Program-made: the position numbers and the translations under genes | Notes under the pieces: model-generated | Database searches by the model: none | What the model saw: the letters and a program-made list of their open reading frames with translations, nothing else | What the model was told of the DNA's origin: nothing | Assembly: GCA_044227985.1 (NCBI GenBank) | Contig: JBGAVT010000002.1 | Location: 19,452-83,451 of the forward strand | Origin: Candidatus Saccharimonadales bacterium | GTDB lineage: Bacteria > Patescibacteriota > Saccharimonadia > Saccharimonadales > JAGPDM01 | Reading direction: 5' to 3' | DNA: 64,000 nucleotides | Part shown: positions 27,117 to 34,743 of the stretch, piece by piece | How positions within the stretch are numbered: position 1 is the first letter of the stretch | Layout: each line of letters starts with the position of its first letter

Positions 27117-27156
27117 TGTGGGAGATGTTTAAAACATCGATTGCACCACAGGAAGG
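27117..27156 (+). promoter_or_regulatory. candidate L1-binding mRNA structure in front of rplA
   Basis: Outer stem TGTGG (27117-27121) / CCACA (27146-27150). It encloses the GA / GATTGCA internal loop and a 6-bp hairpin GATGTT-TAA-AACATC. The structure abuts the SD GGAAGG (27151-27156). The GUGGGAG...CACCAC arrangement recalls the 23S L1-stalk site. Confidence 0.35.
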
Positions 27157-27165
27157 TCATATATA

Positions 27166-28191
27166 ATGGCAAAGAAAGCAGATTTACTAGAAGAAGCCAA
27201 GAAGCTTAACCTAGAAGTAACAGAAAAGAATACAATTGCCGAGATAACCGAAGCGATTAAGAATGCAGAGCAACCAGAAGAAACGTCTGAGACTCCAAGT
27301 GTTTCTAAGGAAACCAAGGAAACTGAAGAAAAGAAGTTCACAAAAGCCGGTAAACACAGTAAGAAAGCTGCTGAAGAAGCTGAAGCTGAAGAAGCTAAAG
27401 AAGAGCGCAAAGCTAAGATTGCTGCTGGTGAACTTGATCCTTCAACTAACGAAGATGGTGATGTTGTTTCTAGTAAAGGCCCAGTGCCGATTCCTCGTGC
27501 ACGTGTTGAACGTCGTAGTAAGCGCTACCAAGCTACTGTTACTAATATCGACAGAGATAAGACGTATGATGTTGATCAAGCAGTCCAAATGGTACAAAAA
27601 GCTAGTACTGTCAAATTTGACGCTAGTATCGAGCTACACATGAACTTAAATATTAATCCGAAGCACGCCGATCAAAACATCCGTGGAAGCATGGTTCTTC
27701 CACATGGTAATGGTAAGACGCAACGCGTTGCAGTCTTCGCAGCTGAAGACCTTCACAAAGACGCTAAAGCAGCTGGTGCGGACGCTGTCTATGCAGATGA
27801 ACTGCTTGATAAGCTAAAAGCCGAAGAAATTGATTTCGACGTACTCGTTTCTACGCCTGAAAATATGGCTAAGCTTGGTCGCTATGCGAAACTGCTCGGT
27901 CCAAAAGGCCTTATGCCTAATCCAAAGAGCGGTACCGTGACTAAGGACGTTGCTAAGGCCGTTTCAGAAGCTAAAGCTGGTCGAGTTGAATACAGAGTCG
28001 ATAAGGCTGGAATCATGCACCTCGCTGTCGGTAAAGTTAGTTTTAAAAACGACCAGTTGATGCAAAATATCGATGCTGTTATAAAGGTTGTTAAAGATGC
28101 TCGACCTGCAAGCGTTAAATCAGATTACATCAAGTCTATCTCAATCAATAGCACTATGGGGCCAGGCGTTAAAATAAATCTCTCAGCGTAA
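27166..28191 (+). CDS. rplA: 50S ribosomal protein L1 with an N-terminal extension of about 115 aa
   Basis: The canonical L1 part starts near [26 protein letters not shown]...[23 protein letters not shown]. Residues 1 to about 115 are an extra HeH-like motif plus an acidic, Lys-rich linker. Confidence 0.9.
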   Translation: MAKKADLLEEAKKLNLEVTEKNTIAEITEAIKNAEQPEETSETPSVSKETKETEEKKFTKAGKHSKKAAEEAEAEEAKEERKAKIAAGELDPSTNEDGDVVSSKGPVPIPRARVERRSKRYQATVTNIDRDKTYDVDQAVQMVQKASTVKFDASIELHMNLNINPKHADQNIRGSMVLPHGNGKTQRVAVFAAEDLHKDAKAAGADAVYADELLDKLKAEEIDFDVLVSTPENMAKLGRYAKLLGPKGLMPNPKSGTVTKDVAKAVSEAKAGRVEYRVDKAGIMHLAVGKVSFKNDQLMQNIDAVIKVVKDARPASVKSDYIKSISINSTMGPGVKINLSA

Positions 28192-28196
28192 ATAAG

Positions 28197-29015
28197 ATGG
28201 ATGATCAAAGCGTAGCTTTGAAATATATCCCTAATCATTTTTCTTATCGTGCTAAACGAGCAGCGACTATCTTAGTATCACAACGTGATCTACTACTTTC
28301 AGGATATGGTACGGATAATTTCGAGACAAAGTCTAATCCAAACGACATTCTAACTGAGATAGATACAAAAGTAGAAAAAAATCTCAAAATAGCATTTGCC
28401 AATATTGATGAAAATTTGCAAGGTGAAGAACTAGGGTATGACCCTAATCTGTCTGATCCATTTTGGATATGTGATCCGATCGATGGTACTGGTTGCTATG
28501 TGCGGCAACAGCCGTTCTGCGTCAGTATGATTGCTTATATCGTCGATGGTGAAGTTGAAATTGGACTCATCTATGACTTTTTAGCCGACCAGCTCTACGC
28601 TGCCGAACGGGGCAAGGGTGCGTTTTGCAACACCAAGCCAGTTCATGTCAGTAATCGTGGCATCGATGAGCTGAAGGGTAGTGTGTCGGGTAGTTATATA
28701 GATAATGCAGTTAATTCGATGCGAATATACCTAAAGTCTCACCACATGAACAGATATAACGTTTATGCTGCTGGTAACGAATTTTTCAATGTCGCAAATG
28801 GTAAGAACGATATAAAAATATGTGTAAATGCCGGAAACATGGACTGGGATAGAGCACCTGGAATGCTCCTTATTCGTGAAGCAGGCGGTGTATACAAACG
28901 ACTTGACGGTAAAGATGCTAGCTATCGCGAAAACACTTTTATTGCTACAAATCCGATTGCATATAAACAAATAATTAGCGACCCGCAAAGTCCATTTTAC
29001 CTGGGAGACACGTAG
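28197..29015 (+). CDS. inositol monophosphatase family protein (SuhB/CysQ-like)
   Basis: Metal-binding motifs EELG and WICDPIDGTGCYV are present. The C-terminal WDRAPG block is typical of the IMPase fold. Confidence 0.75.
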   Translation: MDDQSVALKYIPNHFSYRAKRAATILVSQRDLLLSGYGTDNFETKSNPNDILTEIDTKVEKNLKIAFANIDENLQGEELGYDPNLSDPFWICDPIDGTGCYVRQQPFCVSMIAYIVDGEVEIGLIYDFLADQLYAAERGKGAFCNTKPVHVSNRGIDELKGSVSGSYIDNAVNSMRIYLKSHHMNRYNVYAAGNEFFNVANGKNDIKICVNAGNMDWDRAPGMLLIREAGGVYKRLDGKDASYRENTFIATNPIAYKQIISDPQSPFYLGDT

Positions 29016-29017
29016 AT

Positions 29018-29251
29018 ATGTGGCAAGACGCCTTATTAGCTGTCATCGCCTATTTGCTGGCTGCTGCTCTTTTGCCTACGATACTCTCGAAAAAGAAACC
29101 GGCTTTTACGACTTGCTTGTTCAACACAATCTTAGTCATAATTGCTACTTTAACACTAGGCAGTCTGGGGCTTTGGATAACATTCAGTGGTCAAGCCATA
29201 TTGTCCCTAGGATGGCTTATATTAACAATTCAGACTTACCATAAAGCATAG
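29018..29251 (+). CDS. small three-TM membrane protein
   Basis: 77 aa, hydrophobic, starting 2 nt after the IMPase stop. Function unknown. Confidence 0.4.
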   Translation: MWQDALLAVIAYLLAAALLPTILSKKKPAFTTCLFNTILVIIATLTLGSLGLWITFSGQAILSLGWLILTIQTYHKA

Positions 29252-29284
29252 TATGCAATTCTATTTCATTCAGATATAGCAAAA

Positions 29285-29779
29285 TTAATTTCGCTTATAG
29301 TTCATAAATGTATAGCTATGCCGATTTTTTTCGTCTGAATTAAAGTGTTCATTATAAACTTGCTTCCAAGCAGTCTTATCAAAATCTGAAAAAAAGATAT
29401 CACCGTTATATTCAGCGTCTATGATAGTTAGATAGATGAGCTGAGCGTATGGCAAAAAAAGATCAAATACTTTACTTCCTCCGATAACAAAGATCTCTTC
29501 AGTTTCAAATCTGTATTTTGCTATGGCTTGTTCGAAAGTCATAAAATCAACCAGCTCACCACTACTCGGATTAGGCTTATGAGTAATAACAACATGATGA
29601 CGATTAGGTAATGGTTCAGATAGTTCATCGAACGTGGTTCGCCCCATGATTATCGTGTGGTGCTCTGTTAATTCGCGGTACCGTTTTAGGTCAGCTTTCT
29701 GTGACTTGCCCCAAGGAAGACCACCATTTCTACTGCCCATCACGCCATTTTTATCGGTTGCGACTACAAAGCTAAACAT
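29285..29779 (-). CDS. folA: dihydrofolate reductase
   Basis: From the internal ATG (MFSFVVATDKNGVMG). GGLPWGKSQKADLKRYRELT, IIMGRTTFDEL, LPNRHHVVIT, IFVIGGSKVF and GDIFF match the DHFR blocks. Confidence 0.85.
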   Translation of the reverse strand: MFSFVVATDKNGVMGSRNGGLPWGKSQKADLKRYRELTEHHTIIMGRTTFDELSEPLPNRHHVVITHKPNPSSGELVDFMTFEQAIAKYRFETEEIFVIGGSKVFDLFLPYAQLIYLTIIDAEYNGDIFFSDFDKTAWKQVYNEHFNSDEKNRHSYTFMNYKRN

Positions 29780-29894
29780 TATTGAAAGTATAGCAAGATA
29801 CAACAACTATCAAAATGTAGCACACAAGAAAACACTAGCGACTTGCATGAGTATAGCTGTTATATTTAGGGGAATAAATAATGGAGTGAATGAA

Positions 29895-30605
29895 ATGAAA
29901 ACACCGATGAAAAAATCAACGAAGTACATGCTAATAGGTTTATTTGAAATAATACTGCTAATAGTTGCTATTGGAGCTTTTTACTTGATAACTAAAAATA
30001 ACCAATCCCAAGATTCCGAAAAAGCAGAAACGGTTGTGCGGAAACCAAGTCAAAAAGACGAATCGAAGCCTAAAACCTACACTTCGAAGTACGAGATGCT
30101 AAGTTTCAAATATGACCCGAAACGCGTCACTTTAAAGGATGAATACGGACCAGGCCTCGAAGAAGGCCTAAACTCCGAAAGATTAACTGCAACCAGTGGA
30201 AACTACGTTCTCGAACTACAGAATGGAATGAATGGGTTAGGCGGTTTCGATCCGTGTAGTGGTGATGAAGCAACTTGCGAAGTCGTTGAAACCTTTCCGC
30301 TTACCCTTTTCAATAAACCTAAGACTTTAGACTTACGCAAGGAAACTAAGGTCGGCGACTGTTTAAGCGAAGAAGAATGTAAAACTTCCAAAACAACTAG
30401 CTATAACTTTGTTATTGGTAGCGACCGTAGTATAGCCACATACTTCTACAATTCGAAAAATATTATCTCAACAGATATGAATACACGCTACATCAATCTT
30501 ATTACCTTGTACTTTAAAGAGGGCGTCGATATTAATCCAGCCACCGTAAAAGATGACCCTAACTTTCAAGCACTACTTGAAGTTATAAGTTCGCTACATT
30601 ACTAG
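29895..30605 (+). CDS. hypothetical N-terminally anchored exported protein
   Basis: The ATG at 29895 is preceded by GGAG. MKTPMKKSTKYMLIGLFEIILLIVAIGAFYLI is a signal-anchor. The track's upstream extension overlaps folA antisense and is rejected. Confidence 0.5.
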   Translation: MKTPMKKSTKYMLIGLFEIILLIVAIGAFYLITKNNQSQDSEKAETVVRKPSQKDESKPKTYTSKYEMLSFKYDPKRVTLKDEYGPGLEEGLNSERLTATSGNYVLELQNGMNGLGGFDPCSGDEATCEVVETFPLTLFNKPKTLDLRKETKVGDCLSEEECKTSKTTSYNFVIGSDRSIATYFYNSKNIISTDMNTRYINLITLYFKEGVDINPATVKDDPNFQALLEVISSLHY

Positions 30606-30660
30606 ATTTCAATAATCTGCTTTAAGAATCGATTAAAATCACCTATACTAGACACTATCC

Positions 30661-31395
30661 GTGGTGGGAGACAAAAACGAGGTAAAAGTGGATCAAAATC
30701 AGATGCAATTCGGTGTATATAGTAATATGCAGATTCGTGCTGCTATCAAACATAGCCATATTGTTGCCCATCCTTTTAACGATGAACAAGTAAATGGTAG
30801 TAGTTATGACGTGACATTAGGTCACTGGTATTATTCGACCGAGATGGACGGCGACCGTAGTCTCTATAACCCTTTCGACCAAACCGACGTAAACCGCTAC
30901 TTCAGTGGCCCGCATCACTCATCTGCCCATAATCTATGGTGCGCCGAAAATGGACGTTCTCTTATGCCAGGGATTCCTGACGACCACCCAATCATTGTAT
31001 TACGACCTGGGGAACGAATTTTGGCTCACACCCATGAGTTTATTGGAATCAAAGCCCCCGGTACAAGTACTATGCAAGCACGAAGTACTTGGGGTAGAAA
31101 CGGTGTAGCCGTTTGCCTAGATGCCGGATGGGGTGATCCTGGTTACATAAACCGTTGGACAATGGAAATATATAACATGAATAAACGCGATAGCGTAGTA
31201 CTTCCTGTTGGTGAACGAATCGCCCAAGTTGTTTTTTACCACACCGGCCCGGTAGAAGGAGAATATTCCAGTTTGAGCGGAAAATATCAACAAAGCCCAG
31301 AGTCTGACTTATCAGAAATTGTCCGAAACTGGAGACCAGAATCAATGTTGCCACAGGCATTCAAGGACGAACGTAAGAAACCACAAAAGATATAG
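30661..31395 (+). CDS. dcd: dCTP deaminase / dUTPase-superfamily enzyme
   Basis: MQIRAAIKHSHIVAHPFNDEQVNGSSYDVTLG and ARSTWGRNGVAV...DAGWGDPGYINRWTMEIYN...GERIAQVVF match the Dcd blocks. The start (GTG 30661 or ATG 30703) is uncertain. Confidence 0.7.
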   Translation: MVGDKNEVKVDQNQMQFGVYSNMQIRAAIKHSHIVAHPFNDEQVNGSSYDVTLGHWYYSTEMDGDRSLYNPFDQTDVNRYFSGPHHSSAHNLWCAENGRSLMPGIPDDHPIIVLRPGERILAHTHEFIGIKAPGTSTMQARSTWGRNGVAVCLDAGWGDPGYINRWTMEIYNMNKRDSVVLPVGERIAQVVFYHTGPVEGEYSSLSGKYQQSPESDLSEIVRNWRPESMLPQAFKDERKKPQKI

Positions 31396-31404
31396 GAGAC
31401 AACG

Positions 31405-33627
31405 ATGGCAAAGGGCAAATACATTGTAATCGAAGGCGCAGATGGTAGCGGTAAAACTACCATGGCGAGAAATATTCAGGCCTTACTCTTTCAAAAACTA
31501 GGTATCAAAGCAGTTATTCTGCGCGAGCCAGGCAGTACGGAATTTGCCGACAAAATCCGCGAAGTTCTAAAAAGTACGACTAGTCGTAGCCCTGAGGCAA
31601 ACGTCTTAGCTTTTAATGCCGCACGTGCCGACACAATGCGTGAAGTTGCGAAGCATATCGAAAACGGTGGCTGGGTTATTGCTGATCGAAGCTGGATTTC
31701 CACTGTGGTGTATCAAGGTTACGGCGAAGGGCTTGATATCGACAATCTGCGACGAATCAGCCAGTACGCGGCTGCAGCTCAAGCAGACTTGACTGTAGTC
31801 TTAGATGCACCAGTTGATGTTCGACGAGCTCGTAACCACAAACGTGGTGGTAGTGATTATTTCGAGAACCAATCAGATGACTTCCATGAACGAGTGCGTC
31901 AAGGCTATTTGGAGGAAGCTGAATTTCTTGGTTTACCATTAATTAATGCTAACGATAGTGAATCTAGTATCGCTACCCAGCTATGGGGTATGGTTGAAGA
32001 GATTACTGATATTAAAAGTAAAACTAAAAAGACTAAACGTAACCCATTTGTTGAAAAGACAGAACATGGCATGCAGCCGACTGAGCTCGGCAATCAATGG
32101 CTTGGTAATGTGCTGAGTAATCCAAATAAAAATGCCTATGTTTTCAATAACAATCTCAGCCCAATCACCATCGCAGCAGCAATGGCACGACTCAGTCGTC
32201 GTGCCGACGATATGCGAGTAACAATTCTTGACGAATTCAGCCAGATCGAAGGCAAGGACGATTCATTGCTGCGTCGGGTGATTACAGCTTACGGTGATGA
32301 TTCAGTCCAACAATTAACAGGGATCCATGCTGTCGTAGAGAATGCTAGCAACCTTTTGACGAAGAAACTTGAGTGGGGAAGACTGGCTGCCTATCTTGAA
32401 CAATCAACCCGATATATCTATTACGACCGTAAAACACGAGAAGGTAAGTACCGCTATTATACGCCAACAGAGTTCGATGAATCGACCACTAAAATTTATA
32501 ATGAAACGCTTGACCAGATCTTCGATCTTTACTCTATAGTTGTACACGAATTAACAGATTTTATTACAGCTCGAGACGAAACCCCTAAAGAAGAACGAGA
32601 TATCGCCTGGAAGGGGGCGATTCGCGCTCAGGCCTGCGACGTGGCACGAGCGATGCTTCCTGTGGCTACAACATCTACTGTTGGGCTGTATGCAAGTGGG
32701 CAGGCCTATGAAAGCTTAGTCATGCACTTGATGAGTGATGAGCTAGAGGAATCACGTGCAACCGGAGAAGACCTCCTTGAAGCTGGTCGCACCGTAGCAG
32801 CAACATTCCTAGAGCGAGCTGATAAACCAAGTCGTGGTGGAGCAATGCAAGCATATAGAGCCAATACAAGAAATGCCGTCGCAGAAATCACCGAGAAACT
32901 GCTGTCTAATACTGGCTATAGCGACGATAAACGAGACGTGCATTTAGTCAGTACATCCATGCGTAACGAACTGGATGTCGTACCGTATATCCTTTACGAA
33001 GCCTCCGAACTATCACTTGATGAGTTACAAAAAGAAGTAGCCGATTGGAGCTATGATAAAAAACTAGAAGTCTTTAATGCCTACATTGGAGAGAGATTAA
33101 ACCGACGACACAAGCCAGGGCGGGCATTTGAGCATATCGAGTACAACTGGGATTTAATGTGTGACTACGGTATTTTCCGCGATTTACAGCGTCATCGCAT
33201 GGTTGAAGGTCTTCAGTGGCAGAAGCTTACACCACGTTACGGCTATGAAACACCAAAATTAATTGAAGATGCTAACTTAACCGAAGCATACGACCAAGCT
33301 TTTGAGCTGAGCCAGCATCTTTTTAGTCGGCTTCAAGCTTTAGGCTTATATGAACAAGCGCAGTATGCAACGTTAATGGGTCACCGTATGCGGTGGAAAA
33401 TTTCTTTCAATGCTCGTGAAGCTTTTCATTTCATGGAACTACGAACAGCCCCACAAGGCCACCCAGCATATCGAGCACTTGTGAAAACCATGCATGAGCA
33501 GCTTTCAGAAATCCACCCACTGACAGGGGGCGCTATGAAGTTTGTTAATCAAGACGAAGACGCCGCACTAACTCGTCTCGCAGCCGAACGCTACACTCAG
33601 TTTAAGCTCAACCAACTAGGCCAGTGA
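31405..33627 (+). CDS. fusion protein: thymidylate kinase plus tandem ThyX-like (flavin-dependent thymidylate synthase) domains
   Basis: The N-terminal ~200 aa is Tmk (YIVIEGADGSGKTT, VIADRSWISTVVYQG, LID RRARNHKRGG). Two ThyX-like repeats follow. Repeat A has LEWGRLAAYLEQSTRY with the RHR triad lost. Repeat B has FRDLQRHRMVEGLQWQKLTPRY and WKISFNAREAFHFMELRTAPQGH. Confidence 0.8.
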   Translation: MAKGKYIVIEGADGSGKTTMARNIQALLFQKLGIKAVILREPGSTEFADKIREVLKSTTSRSPEANVLAFNAARADTMREVAKHIENGGWVIADRSWISTVVYQGYGEGLDIDNLRRISQYAAAAQADLTVVLDAPVDVRRARNHKRGGSDYFENQSDDFHERVRQGYLEEAEFLGLPLINANDSESSIATQLWGMVEEITDIKSKTKKTKRNPFVEKTEHGMQPTELGNQWLGNVLSNPNKNAYVFNNNLSPITIAAAMARLSRRADDMRVTILDEFSQIEGKDDSLLRRVITAYGDDSVQQLTGIHAVVENASNLLTKKLEWGRLAAYLEQSTRYIYYDRKTREGKYRYYTPTEFDESTTKIYNETLDQIFDLYSIVVHELTDFITARDETPKEERDIAWKGAIRAQACDVARAMLPVATTSTVGLYASGQAYESLVMHLMSDELEESRATGEDLLEAGRTVAATFLERADKPSRGGAMQAYRANTRNAVAEITEKLLSNTGYSDDKRDVHLVSTSMRNELDVVPYILYEASELSLDELQKEVADWSYDKKLEVFNAYIGERLNRRHKPGRAFEHIEYNWDLMCDYGIFRDLQRHRMVEGLQWQKLTPRYGYETPKLIEDANLTEAYDQAFELSQHLFSRLQALGLYEQAQYATLMGHRMRWKISFNAREAFHFMELRTAPQGHPAYRALVKTMHEQLSEIHPLTGGAMKFVNQDEDAALTRLAAERYTQFKLNQLGQ

Positions 33628-33697
33628 TCTATCGATGCTTGTAGCCGACTTCATTAACACAATAATTACAATAGAATTCAAATAAAACAACTAAAAA

Positions 33698-34255
33698 TTA
33701 CATTTTACTCAGAATCTTTTCCGTGCTTAACACTTCGCAGAACTCTCCACTCAAACTAGCTAGAGCTAAGTCGTGTACGTTGTTAGCACTAAAAACCTTG
33801 CCATCATAGCTCTGTCTTTCAAACGTTGCTGTAGCATCGTTAATCACAATACAAGAAAAACCTAAATTAGCTGCCATTCTGGTAGTTGTTGATACACAGT
33901 GGTCAGTGGTTAGGCCTACTATTACCAATGGATTTGCCTCCATTTCTAATAACAATTGTTCGAGGTTTGTACCTATAAAAGCACTGTTCACCTTTTTTAT
34001 TATTATAGTTTCTCCGCGTTCCGGCCTTGCAACTGATTTGTACTGATTGCCGATGTTCTCGGGATGGAGAAGTGAATTCGCATCGGATGAATCATGCTTT
34101 ACGTGTATTATTGGCAAATTTTTCTTTCTCCAAGCTTCCAGCAACTTCCCGATATTGTCTTCAGCTTCCAAGTTATTTCTTTCTCCCCAGCTAGGATCAT
34201 CGAAACCTATCTGTATGTCGATAAGAATGAGGGTAGGGTTTCTAAGGTGTTTCAT
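33698..34255 (-). CDS. isochorismatase-family cysteine hydrolase (nicotinamidase-like)
   Basis: LILIDIQIGFDD, IIHVKH and VVGLTTDHCVSTTTRMAANLGF (catalytic Cys block) are present. Confidence 0.8.
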   Translation of the reverse strand: MKHLRNPTLILIDIQIGFDDPSWGERNNLEAEDNIGKLLEAWRKKNLPIIHVKHDSSDANSLLHPENIGNQYKSVARPERGETIIIKKVNSAFIGTNLEQLLLEMEANPLVIVGLTTDHCVSTTTRMAANLGFSCIVINDATATFERQSYDGKVFSANNVHDLALASLSGEFCEVLSTEKILSKM

Positions 34256-34478
34256 TGTATTTTTTAATATATATCTGCTATTTTAGTTTAGCACTCAAGT
34301 TTTCGGTCAACAATCTTGTTTTCAACAAGGAGCATAGACGATAATCCAGTGACTAGGTAAGCTGCATATTATATGGGTAATTAGATTCATTGTTATTTCT
34401 TTAATTTACCTTCACTCTCATGGCTAACGAACCAATATATTTCTATCTAAAATTGTTAAAATATACAATTTTCGCTTT

Positions 34479-34507
34479 TTGACAAAAGACGCTCAATAAA
34501 GTATCAT
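34479..34507 (+). promoter_or_regulatory. promoter of the leuA leader
   Basis: TTGACA (34479-34484), 17-nt spacer, TATCAT (34502-34507). The leader-peptide ATG lies 7 nt downstream. Confidence 0.6.
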
Positions 34508-34514
34508 CGGAAAT

Positions 34515-34592
34515 ATGAATTTTTTGAATAAAAGAATTGATCAGCTGCTACTAATCGCGCTTGTGCGTGATGAGCTGGAGCCTGCTTACTAA
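34515..34592 (+). CDS. candidate branched-chain amino acid leader peptide (25 aa)
   Basis: MNFLNKRIDQLLLIALVRDELEPAY has 6 Leu codons, including the run CTG-CTA-CTA followed by Ile-Ala-Leu-Val. Alternative hairpins and a terminator follow it upstream of leuA. Confidence 0.5.
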   Translation: MNFLNKRIDQLLLIALVRDELEPAY

Positions 34593-34622
34593 GCCACGAC
34601 ACAAGCCTAAAATATTAAAAAG

Positions 34623-34651
34623 GGTTCCAGTTTCGGAACCATTTTTAATTT
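34623..34651 (+). terminator. attenuator terminator in the leuA leader
   Basis: GGTTCC-AGTTTC-GGAACC followed by ATTTTTAATTT. It lies about 100 nt upstream of the leuA start. Confidence 0.6.
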
Positions 34652-34743
34652 ACAATATTTTAGGAGAATTTCAATGAGCGACACAGAGAAACAAATGCAA
34701 TTTAGGGCAATTTCACGTATCATTAAGCGTGAACAAATCGTAA

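Noticed and set aside
34256-34743. T-box riboswitch upstream of leuA. The short leaders of trpS, argS and cysS were also checked.
   Set aside because: No T-box sequence (AANNNGGGTGGTACCGCG-like) or specifier-loop architecture was seen. The leader-peptide attenuator model fits better.
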